DNA from: an uncultured delta proteobacterium
GTDB taxonomy: Bacteria > Desulfobacterota > Binatia > UBA9968
NCBI GenBank assembly: GCA_963816145.1
Contig: CAWFJP010000013.1
Location: forward strand, 160,001-224,000
Direction: 5' to 3'
Length of the DNA stretch: 64,000 nt
Shown here: in pieces, positions 48,706 to 57,161 of the stretch
Layout: every line of letters starts with the position of its first letter
How positions within the stretch are numbered: position 1 is the first letter of the stretch
The notes under the pieces: generated by a model
Database searches by the model: none
Seen by the model: the letters and a program-made list of their open reading frames with translations, nothing else
What the model was told of the DNA's origin: nothing
Program-made: the position numbers and the translations under genes

Positions 48706-48944
48706 GTCGGAGGCTTGAAAGACCCGGGCGAAACTTACGTACGGTAACAATTCGTGTACGTAAAAATACGAGTGGCAACGTTAAAAAGACAACCCTAATA
48801 CCTTGTTGCACGCACCAACTCGTTAGACGGTTTGGGGTTGGGGAAGCAGTGGTGGAGAGGTTGCCGTTCACCGCCCAGCATTTGGCGAGGCAATGACGGA
48901 GTTGAAAAACTCCGGGCGGGGTGCGCGCCGATTTTACATAGCAA

Positions 48945-49142
48945 TTCCCTGCAATGACGTGGCTAAGGAGCAAGGCGACTAAGGACAAAGTCAAAGCGTT
49001 GGTGCGCGACTACGACATTCAGCACTTTTCCGCCCGGGCGGAGACGAAACAAGATGCCCCGTGATCGTCAGCTGTTCTGTGGGCAAAAACCGGATCCGAC
49101 GACGGTCGTCTGGAAGCGCGCAACGTTTTCGGTGCCGGACTC
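48945..49142 (+). pseudogene. remnant of a further CHAT-domain gene
   Basis: KATKDKVKALVRDYDIQHFSARAETKQDAP*SSAVLWAKTGSDDGRLEARNVFG aligns with the neighbouring CHAT cores; TGA at 49062. Confidence 0.8.
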
Positions 49143-49253
49143 TTGGCCCTACTTCGAGGATCCGTCTATCCTGGTCGGGGCGGGGAAGTGACGCCACCGC
49201 AGGCACCTGTTTCATGGATTGCGTTTTTCTCTTGGTTCTATAACAATACTGAT

Positions 49254-49478
49254 ATGCATCTGGAACGAATCACCATCAAACCCGATGTTTGCGGCGGGGA
49301 ACCGACGATCCGTGGGATGCGAATCACTGTCAGTCACGTCCTTGAAATGCTGGCGGGCGATATGACACCCGGGGAGATCCTGAAAGACTTTCCCTACTTG
49401 GAAAAGGCCGACATCGAAGCTTGTCTCGACTATGCAGCGCGTCAAGCAGCCCATCGTGAAGTTCTGCTGAGCAAGTGA
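49254..49478 (+). CDS. DUF433-family antitoxin-like protein
   Basis: ERITIKPDVCGGEPTIRGMRITV..EILKDFPYLEKADIEACLDYA. Confidence 0.92.
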   Translation: MHLERITIKPDVCGGEPTIRGMRITVSHVLEMLAGDMTPGEILKDFPYLEKADIEACLDYAARQAAHREVLLSK

Positions 49479-49726
49479 AATTCCTAGTCCTGGTCCCACT
49501 TGAACCTTTACCGATGAAGTCCCAGATCGGGTCGTTCGAGCCGAGGAGTTTGCGTACCGTAGCGCGGGCAAGTCGGGCGAATTTCTGGCGATGAAACCAG
49601 CAGTTACCTCTCTATTTCAAGACTCTATCTCTGTCGCGATTTTCCATTTTTACTTCTGCGCGCTGTTCATCTTCGTTGGAGAAGGAAAGTGACTATCGTG
49701 GGATGATAGTGAATCATTACTTACTT

Positions 49727-50875
49727 TCAAAAAATATCCCCCGCAGCTAGCTGTTCGCAAAATTCTTTCGCTGAAATAATTAGTATGTCATCCTCAGTTT
49801 TGTGGCTCTGATTTTCCAAGCAGACCAATACTCGCCTCTTAACTCGTGGGTGATCGTTGACGAGCGACCTGAGATTGCGCAGATGATCGGCGGTAACTTT
49901 GGCCGTCGCCTTGGCTTCGATGGCGACTTCCATGTCATTGACGATGAAGTCGACTTCGACGCCCGTGGTCAGACGCCAATAGCTCAGGGTCGCAAAAGCC
50001 TCGCTGTAGGCGTTATGGGCGCTCAACTCGTGGAAGACCCAATTTTCGAATGCCTTGCCAAAGAGTTCGGACCCCGGTTGCAACTGTCCTCTACGCGCGA
50101 GGTAGTTTACGACTCCGACATCGGCGAAATAGAATTTCGGGGCGCCGATGACGCGCCGCTTCGGCCGCTTTCGGTAAGCTGGCAACCATTTCCCCAACAA
50201 CGTGTCTTCAAGAATCTGAAAGTAGCCTTTAATGGTGGGGCTCGATACACCGCAATCACGCGCGATGGTCGAGAAGTTGACCATCTCAGCGTCGGAAAGT
50301 GCTGCGATATTGAGGAACTCAGAAAAACGCGGCAGATTGCGCACTACACCTTCGGCGGCGATCTCTTCTTTAAGATAGTCGGCGACGTATCCGTTCAAAA
50401 GACGAACAGGGGTATCGGATAGATAGATCGTTGGTAGGTAGCCATGATTTAGCATACGCGTTAAATCGAATTCTTTACCGATTTCAATTGCCGTTAGGCC
50501 GTGAAGTTCGTAGCGCAGTGCGCGTCCGCCTAGGAGATTGGCATGACCGCGTTTCACTTTGCGCGCGCTTGACCCGCATAACGCAAATCGAGCACCTCGA
50601 TGTTCATGAAGCCAGTGAACCTCGTCAAGAAGTTGCGGGACTTTTTGGATTTCGTCGATGACGATTTGCGCGGGCAGCGTGCCGGTCGCAAGTTGTGCGC
50701 GCAACACTTCCGGATTTTGCAGAAAGCGACGGTATTCTTCGGCTTTGAGAAGATCGATCCGGAGTGCGTCTGGGTAGGTGGCTTCTAAAAGCGTTGTTTT
50801 CCCAGTTTGTCGCGGACCCCAGAGAAAGAAGGTCTCCACCCCCGACTTTGGTAGTCGAATTGATCGCTTGAACAT
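49727..50875 (-). CDS. AAA_14 ATPase with DUF4143 and a C-terminal PD-(D/E)xK-like motif
   Basis: GPRQTGKTT, IDEIQK, LCGSSA, LLGGRA, KFYFADVG, EVDFIV..AIEAK. Confidence 0.92.
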   Translation of the reverse strand: MFKRSIRLPKSGVETFFLWGPRQTGKTTLLEATYPDALRIDLLKAEEYRRFLQNPEVLRAQLATGTLPAQIVIDEIQKVPQLLDEVHWLHEHRGARFALCGSSARKVKRGHANLLGGRALRYELHGLTAIEIGKEFDLTRMLNHGYLPTIYLSDTPVRLLNGYVADYLKEEIAAEGVVRNLPRFSEFLNIAALSDAEMVNFSTIARDCGVSSPTIKGYFQILEDTLLGKWLPAYRKRPKRRVIGAPKFYFADVGVVNYLARRGQLQPGSELFGKAFENWVFHELSAHNAYSEAFATLSYWRLTTGVEVDFIVNDMEVAIEAKATAKVTADHLRNLRSLVNDHPRVKRRVLVCLENQSHKTEDDILIISAKEFCEQLAAGDIF

Positions 50876-50876
50876 G

Positions 50877-50910
50877 CACTTTAATTTATCATGATAATTT
50901 AAAGTGTCAA
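50877..50910 (-). promoter_or_regulatory. sigma-70 promoter overlapped by a 30-bp palindrome; predicts leaderless mRNA
   Basis: Minus strand TTGACA-16 nt-TAAATT (TGn extended) -7 nt-ATG; CACTTTAATTTATCATGATAATTTAAAGTG has one mismatched pair. Confidence 0.7.
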
Positions 50911-50937
50911 TTTGAGATCGTTCAACTGGCTAATAAT

Positions 50938-50973
50938 AAAAGAAAAAGGCGAGCCATTAGGCATGCCTTTTTC
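50938..50973 (-). terminator. intrinsic terminator after the amidohydrolase gene
   Basis: GAAAAAGGC..GCCTTTTTC stem with flanking A/T runs. Confidence 0.55.
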
Positions 50974-51000
50974 GCTATTTAACGAAATTTAGAGCGATTT

Positions 51001-52095
51001 TTACAATCCTGGCGTGCCAAGATTGTAAAACCGCCGGGCGTTGCCGTGCAGGACGGCGGCTTTGTCGGCTTCGCTGATGTCGGGGTTTTCCAGCATCTCG
51101 TTGATCTCGTGTTTACAAAAATCGTTGTTGACTTCGTGCGGGTAGTCGCTCGAGTAGACCCACGGTTTGTTGCCGAGCCGTTTGATGGCGTGGGCGATGT
51201 CCGGCTCCTCGCCTTCGCAGCCGACGAAGATACGCCCGGCATCGACATGGCGGGCGATGTAGTCGCAAACTTTTTCCTTGGACTTTAAATCGAGGAAGCG
51301 TTTGCGCGGGTCATGTTGAATGTGCGTTTCCCAGGAGCGATCGAAGCGCTCCAAGCACATCAGCATCCAGGCAACACCGCCTTCCATGAAGCCGAATTTG
51401 ACGTTGGGATACTTGTCGAAGACGCCGTTAAAGACGATACCGGCGAAGGAGATCATCTGGCCGAACGGATGGCCCAAGGCGTGGACCGGCGCATAGGGAG
51501 TCAAGTCGTCGAGCCCCAGGTTTTCATGGGCGCCGCCGTGGATGCCGATGGCGCAGCCGAGTTTATTGGCCTCTTCGTAAATCGGCCAATAACGAGAGTC
51601 GCCCAAGTGCGCTTGAATGCCGGTCGACGGCAACATAATTCCACACATGCCGAGCTCTTTGACCACCCTGTGCAGTTCCTCCACGGCCGCAGCCGGTTCC
51701 TGCAGAGGGACCAAGCCCATGGCCTGGAAGCGCGGGTTGTATTTCATGTAGGTGTTGTAAATCCAGTCGTTGTAGCCGCGCGCCACGTCGATAGCCCAGT
51801 CGTGGCTGACGATCTTGCCGAACGCCAAACCTAACGTCGTGTAAAGCACGGTTTTCTCGATGCCGACATCTTCTAAAAAATTGACCCAGCCATCGGGCCC
51901 GACTTTGTTGAACGCGCCCGGAGGGAAGTCGTGCATATTAGCCGAATGCAAATGGTCAAGGGGGGGGAAGGGATTGAAAAATGGATGGGTGTCATATTTG
52001 TCGCGATAGGATTGCGGCATGTAGTTGATGATCGCTTTGGTGTCCTCGATCACGTGACCGTCGCCGTCGATAATCGTGTGTCCTTTGTATGGCAT
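51001..52095 (-). CDS. amidohydrolase family protein (Amidohydro_2)
   Basis: IIDGDGHVIE, YNDW, VPLQEP, YWPIYE, MEGGVAW, SSDYPH, NARRFY; AAGGAGG RBS. Confidence 0.92.
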   Translation of the reverse strand: MPYKGHTIIDGDGHVIEDTKAIINYMPQSYRDKYDTHPFFNPFPPLDHLHSANMHDFPPGAFNKVGPDGWVNFLEDVGIEKTVLYTTLGLAFGKIVSHDWAIDVARGYNDWIYNTYMKYNPRFQAMGLVPLQEPAAAVEELHRVVKELGMCGIMLPSTGIQAHLGDSRYWPIYEEANKLGCAIGIHGGAHENLGLDDLTPYAPVHALGHPFGQMISFAGIVFNGVFDKYPNVKFGFMEGGVAWMLMCLERFDRSWETHIQHDPRKRFLDLKSKEKVCDYIARHVDAGRIFVGCEGEEPDIAHAIKRLGNKPWVYSSDYPHEVNNDFCKHEINEMLENPDISEADKAAVLHGNARRFYNLGTPGL

Positions 52096-52187
52096 GGGGG
52101 TTTCCTCCTTAGCGTGTTGGCTATTAGGTCATCAAGGCGAGGGTAGTTTGTCAAGGCCGCTGGCGCCTCAAGCGCCAGCAGTTTACT

Positions 52188-52243
52188 GTTTCTGGTTTCG
52201 AGTTCCGGGTTAACTCGAAACCAGAAACTCCAAACTCGAAACC
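52188..52243. repeat. heptamer-based inverted repeat (REP-like hairpin)
   Basis: GTTTCTGGTTTCGAGTT / AACTCGAAACCAGAAAC 17-bp stem plus extra AAACTC(C/G) units. Confidence 0.7.
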
Positions 52244-52245
52244 GG

Positions 52246-53319
52246 TTACGACCCCGCGCCGCCAAACCATTTGGCGTAGAGCAAGTCGTAGGTGCCGTTC
52301 TCTTTCAATTTGAGCAAGGCTTCGTTGACCCGTTTGCGCAGCGGGCTTTGGTCGGGAAAGGCGATGCCGTAGTTTTCCTTGCGAAAGATCGCGCCGACCG
52401 TTTGGAATCGCCCCTTGCCTTCGTGGGAGGCGAAGTGGAGCAGCACCGGCGCGTCGTAGACCACGGCGTCCAGTTGGCCATGTTGCAGCGCCGGATAGGC
52501 GTCTTCAACTTTGGCGTAATCCATCGCTTCGATGTTGTGCTGGCGCAGGTATTCGCTGGCGGTGCTGCCTTTGACGCTGGCGATGCGTTTGCCGGGCAGA
52601 TCTTCGGGGCCGTTAATGTCGCTGCGCAATTGTTGCAAGGTTAGATTGGAAGTGACGGCGGCGGTGAAGTAGGCGATGAACACGACGCTGGCGAACATCC
52701 AAAACACCGCAACCATGCGGGCCAGGGCGGCGCGCGGCATTTGGTCGGCCTGGGTGGCGAGGGTCGATGCCGCCCACCAGCAAACTTCGAAGATGCCTGG
52801 AAAGTATTTTTTATGGGTCAACATGCCGCTCGGATGGCGCTGTTCAAACCACCAAACTAAATGGGCGATGACGAGCAGGATCAAAGCTACGCCCAAAACG
52901 TAGGGTACCACCGCGGCTGAAAACAGATTGGCAAGGATCGATCGGATCAAGGCGGTTCGGTCGCCCCGAACCGGCGCGAGGATTTGCAGACCGGCGTCGA
53001 ACATCGGCTGCGAGAAGTCCAATTCCAGCTCGCGCTCCGCGGTGATAGAAATCGCCGCGATGCCCAGCGCCGCCTGCTGCGACTTCAGCGCATCCAACAA
53101 CTCTTTCACGGTCGGCTTGACCATGAAATCGGATTTGACGTTCATCTGCTTGGCGATCTCGTCCCAGAGTTCGACGCTGAAGCCGGTAAGCTTGCCTTTT
53201 TCTTCAAATACGAAGGGTTTGACGATGCGCGTGGCGACCCGGAGCGGTCCTCCCGCCGATTGGGCGAAGGCGTTGGAAGCCGCGCAACAAGCGATGACCA
53301 GTGCGAAAAGCCAGTTCAT
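52246..53319 (-). CDS. prokaryotic glutamate-receptor-like ligand-gated ion channel (SBP S1-M1-P-M3-S2)
   Basis: KPFV..GFSVELW, AAISITAERE..DFSQP; TM helix, WWAASTLAT pore, AYFTAAVTSNLT; VYDAPVL, ENYGIAF. Confidence 0.88.
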   Translation of the reverse strand: MNWLFALVIACCAASNAFAQSAGGPLRVATRIVKPFVFEEKGKLTGFSVELWDEIAKQMNVKSDFMVKPTVKELLDALKSQQAALGIAAISITAERELELDFSQPMFDAGLQILAPVRGDRTALIRSILANLFSAAVVPYVLGVALILLVIAHLVWWFEQRHPSGMLTHKKYFPGIFEVCWWAASTLATQADQMPRAALARMVAVFWMFASVVFIAYFTAAVTSNLTLQQLRSDINGPEDLPGKRIASVKGSTASEYLRQHNIEAMDYAKVEDAYPALQHGQLDAVVYDAPVLLHFASHEGKGRFQTVGAIFRKENYGIAFPDQSPLRKRVNEALLKLKENGTYDLLYAKWFGGAGS

Positions 53320-53411
53320 TCTATCTACCTCGGGAAATTGCCAAATTGCGATCGGGCGAATGGCCGCCACCACCGGAGGTAACAGGAGCGAGCTTGACGG
53401 TCAAATGAAAT

Positions 53412-53615
53412 CTACTGGATCGCCGCGCTGACCGGGAGGTGGGTTTCGTCGCGGCCAGTGCCTTGGATGGCTTCGAGGATCAAGCTTTCGCTCTGCTGGG
53501 AATGAAGCACGACTTTGACGTGCCGAGCTGATTGCGGGTCGACGCTGAATGTCCGGCTGCCGCTCGGGAAAATAAACCGGGTGAAAATGAATGCTCGAGG
53601 TTGGTTGACCCGCAT
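53412..53615 (-). CDS. possible small hypothetical protein
   Basis: 67-aa ORF filling a gap on the same strand; AGGAG is too close to the ATG; no recognisable motif. Confidence 0.25.
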   Translation of the reverse strand: MRVNQPRAFIFTRFIFPSGSRTFSVDPQSARHVKVVLHSQQSESLILEAIQGTGRDETHLPVSAAIQ

Positions 53616-53633
53616 GCTCCTACTTGTCGCGGA

Positions 53634-54584
53634 TCAACTGCGCGGCAACAAGGAAAAGTCGGTGTGTTTCATCGGATCGTAGTCCGGTGCGATGGTCCGT
53701 TCTTGGCGCAGGATGTCAAGATAGCCTCGGGCGATTTTCGGATTCATGCGGCCATCTTTGTTCAGGATTCTAATCAGGGTCGCGTAAGTGCCTTCGGCTT
53801 CCTGCTGGTTTACTTTGAACTTGTCGACGATCATCTTGACGCTTTCGGGACGGTTGGCACGCAGCCAGGCGACTGACTCCATCACCGCGGCTACCGTGCG
53901 GCGGACGGATTCGCGATTGGTTTTGATCTCGTTCAGCGAAGTCACCATACCGACGTAAGGTATGTCCGCCAGGTCGCCCAATTGAGCTGAATTTCTTGTA
54001 GCCCGAGGAGACGGCCTTGTCGTCAAAGGGGGGCGTCAATACCGTTCCGACGACACGATTGCTGGTCAGCGCGCGAAAACTGTCCGCGGTGCCGCCGGTG
54101 TTGATGGTGCCGACGTCCTTGTCGCTGGATCTCCGATTTCTTCAGGAACGCCTGAAAGTAATAGTACGGCGAAGTGCGAGCGCCGGAAAGCGCGACTGTT
54201 TTGCCAATTAAGTCCTGCGGTTTATTGATATCCTTGTGGGTTACCAGCACCCAGGGGGAAACATCGCAAAAATTTATGACGATGACCAAGGGCAGGCCGG
54301 CGATTCCCGCGGAAATCGCCGTTGAGACGGAGGTGAAGTAATTGATATTACCCGCGACTACGGCCTGCGGCGCGATCGAGTTGGTGATCTGGATGTATTC
54401 GGATTCGATGTTGTATTTCTTTAAGAAGCCTTTCTCCTGCGCCACGTAGTACGGCATGTAGGAAAAAGCCAGCGAGGGAAAGCCGACGCGAATCTTGTAC
54501 GGGTTTCCGCTCCCTCGGTCGATTGCGCAATCAAGCTGTGCAGCGACCAAGAAGACGGCAAAGAAAAAAATGCTTAGCGTTCAT
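53634..54584 (-). CDS. NitT/TauT-family ABC substrate-binding protein with several apparent frameshifts
   Basis: AAGGA RBS and ATG 54584; VAQEKGFL, DLIGKTVA (54023..54550) and TDFSLL C-terminus (53634..54026) lie in different frames. Confidence 0.8.
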
Positions 54585-54595
54585 GTCTCGGTTCC

Positions 54596-55796
54596 TTACG
54601 CGTTGGCCGCTTTGGCTTGGCCGTTGTCCCAGCCTTGACGCGCGATTTTGATCGCATTGGGCTTGGGGCAGGTTCTTTAGCTTGAAGAAATCGACGGCGG
54701 TTTTGTTGAGCAACTTTTCTTTCTGGCTGAAGCTCAAGTCTTTGCAGTCAATCACATCCTTGACCGAGTAGGGGAAGTGGCAATCCCAATGGCAATAGTC
54801 CGACGCGTACATGACGGTGTTCTCGCCGTTGGCAGCGAAGACGCGATCGAGACCGGTCTCTTCCGACTCGCAGGTGAGGGTGATCTGTTCGCCACGGATG
54901 ATCTCGCTGGGCCGGCGTTTCAAGTCGGGCATCTGCGGCGCCAGTTTTTCAATATGCTCGTCGAAACGCTCAGCCCAGAACGGCAACCAGCCGGCGCCGC
55001 CTTCCATGAAGCCGACCCGCAGCTTGGGATAGCGATCGAAGACGCCTTCGCCGATCATGTGCATCATCGACAACATCAATTCGAACGGAAACGCGGTCAT
55101 GTGCACATAGACATACTTGCGCAACCGTTCGCTGCCTGCACCCATCACACCCGAGACGCCGGGAACACCGTCATGGCCGGTTTGCGGATGGACGCTGAGC
55201 GGCATGCCCAATGCCTGTGCGCAGTCGTAGATCGGATCGAACATGCGGTCGCCCATATTGTTCAAACCGTAGACGTTGGTCGGCAGCATCGCGGTGACGA
55301 TGCCAGACTTGGCGAGGAACTCCAATTCCTTGACGGCAGCGGGCGGGTCCTGACAGGGGATCAAGCCGACACCGAGCAAGCGCTGCTTGTCGGTGGAACA
55401 GTACTCGATCAGCCACTCGTTGACGGCATGGCAGAGCACTGCCGATAGCTCCTTGCTCATCAAGCCGTTGACTGTGAGGGCAATCTGGGTGCCGAAGAGG
55501 ATCGCGACATCGATGCCTTCGGCGTCCATGTCCTTGAGCCGCGCGACCGGATCGATCATGCCTTCGCGAAAGCCGCGCGCCTTGTCGGTCATTGGCGCCG
55601 ATACCCCCGGGCCAAGCCCCTGGGAGGCGGACCACAGGCGACCTTCGAGCAGCATGCGCGAGTTGCCTTCGTTGTCGTTCATGCGAATCGGCGCTTGGGA
55701 GCGCCACTTTTCCGGCATGCGTGGTCGCAGGTCGATATTCCCTTCATAAACATGGCCGTCGGCGTCGACGACTAAAACATTATCAAAATTGTCCAT
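54596..55796 (-). CDS. amidohydrolase family protein, apparent +1 frameshift near 54667
   Basis: VVDADGHV, RLKDMDAEGID, MEGGAGWLPFW, ASDYCHWD; removing one C gives the end ..PKPNAIKIARQGWDNGQAKAANA* at 54596. Confidence 0.9.
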
Positions 55797-55937
55797 GGCG
55801 ATTTTCTCCCCGCGTTTTTCGATATCAAGAGACACCTACCACAGCAAAAGTCGTAAGGGCAACTAGAATTGGCCGGCACGGCGCGCCGCGACGATGGTTT
55901 GAATACCGGCGGTCAATTGGATATTCAACCATGACAG

Positions 55938-57161
55938 ATGCAAGCCATTCTCCGAGACTGCCGACAGGGCAAACTTTTATCCCGTGCCGAGGCCTTAACG
56001 TTTGTGGACGCTGATGGCGATCGACTGCGGGAACTGCTGGCAACGGCGGCTGAGCTGCGCGATCAGCACAAGGGCCGGACGGTTACCTTCTCGCCGAAGG
56101 TATTCGTGCCGCTCACCAATCTATGCCGAGATTTTTGCGGTTATTGCACCTTCCGCAAGGCGCCCGGTGAGCCGGGCGCGAAAACCATGACGTTGGCTGA
56201 AGTGTTGCGCGTGGTGCGGCAAGGCAAGGCGATGGGCTGCACGGAAGTACTGCTCAGCCTCGGCGACAAACCTGAGGCCATTTACCCCGAGATGAAACAG
56301 TTCTTAACCGAGCATGGTCATCAGCGTACCCTCGACTATCTCCACGAGGTCTGCCGCAGGGTCCTCGAAGAAACTGGCCTCTTGCCCCATGCCAACGCCG
56401 GCGTCATGGGACGGGGCGATTTGCAGCGATTGAAGGAAGTGAATCCAAGCATGGGGCTGATGCTCGAAAGCATCAGCGAGCGCCTAATGCTTGCTGGCGC
56501 TGCTCACGATAACGCCCCCGATAAGAAGCCGGCGGTGCGGCTGCGCACGTTAGAGCTGGCCGGCGAGCTGCGCATTCCATTTACCACCGGCATTCTCATC
56601 GGCATCGGCGAAGACTGGTCGGAGCGGATCGATTCTTTGCTGGCGATTCGCGATTTGCATGACCGCTACGGACATATTCAAGAAGTGATCGTGCAGAACT
56701 TCCGCGCCAAGCCGACGATTCCCATGCGCGCTCATCCCGATGCGGCACGGAGCGACATGATCAAGACAATTGCGCTCGCTCGATTAATCCTCGGCGGCGC
56801 GATGAACATCCAAGCGCCGCCCAATCTGACGCCGGACGGTTATGAGCTCTATTTGGACGCCGGCATCAACGACTGGGGCGGCGTGTCGCCGCTGACGCCC
56901 GACTTCATCAACCCAGAGGCGCCTTGGCCGGCGCTGCGCTTGCTCCAAGAAAAAAGCGCCCAGGCGGGATTCGAGTTAAAAGCGCGGCTGCCGATCTATC
57001 CAGAATATATTCGCCAGGGTGACAAGTATCTGCCGCCGAGTCTGCGTTCGTTCATCGACCCGCTGTGCGATGCCGATGGCTTGGTCAAAAACGGCGGCCC
57101 ATTGGGCAATAACCCTACACTCCAACACTCCAGTACTCCAATTACCTCAGGGCCTTCCTGA
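55938..57161 (+). CDS. cofG: FO synthase subunit CofG (radical SAM)
   Basis: TFSPKVFVPLTNLCRDFCGYCTF, LPHANAG, GLMLE, FTTGILIGIGE, QAPPNL, DWGGVSP. Confidence 0.95.
   Translation: MQAILRDCRQGKLLSRAEALTFVDADGDRLRELLATAAELRDQHKGRTVTFSPKVFVPLTNLCRDFCGYCTFRKAPGEPGAKTMTLAEVLRVVRQGKAMGCTEVLLSLGDKPEAIYPEMKQFLTEHGHQRTLDYLHEVCRRVLEETGLLPHANAGVMGRGDLQRLKEVNPSMGLMLESISERLMLAGAAHDNAPDKKPAVRLRTLELAGELRIPFTTGILIGIGEDWSERIDSLLAIRDLHDRYGHIQEVIVQNFRAKPTIPMRAHPDAARSDMIKTIALARLILGGAMNIQAPPNLTPDGYELYLDAGINDWGGVSPLTPDFINPEAPWPALRLLQEKSAQAGFELKARLPIYPEYIRQGDKYLPPSLRSFIDPLCDADGLVKNGGPLGNNPTLQHSSTPITSGPS

Noticed and set aside
49145-49170. CCGTCTAT as a third island ECF promoter
   Set aside because: No GTAAG 15-16 nt upstream.
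26700-50950. Island as a prophage or integrative element
   Set aside because: No integrase, transposase, phage gene, tRNA site or flanking direct repeat seen; it is accessory by content only.
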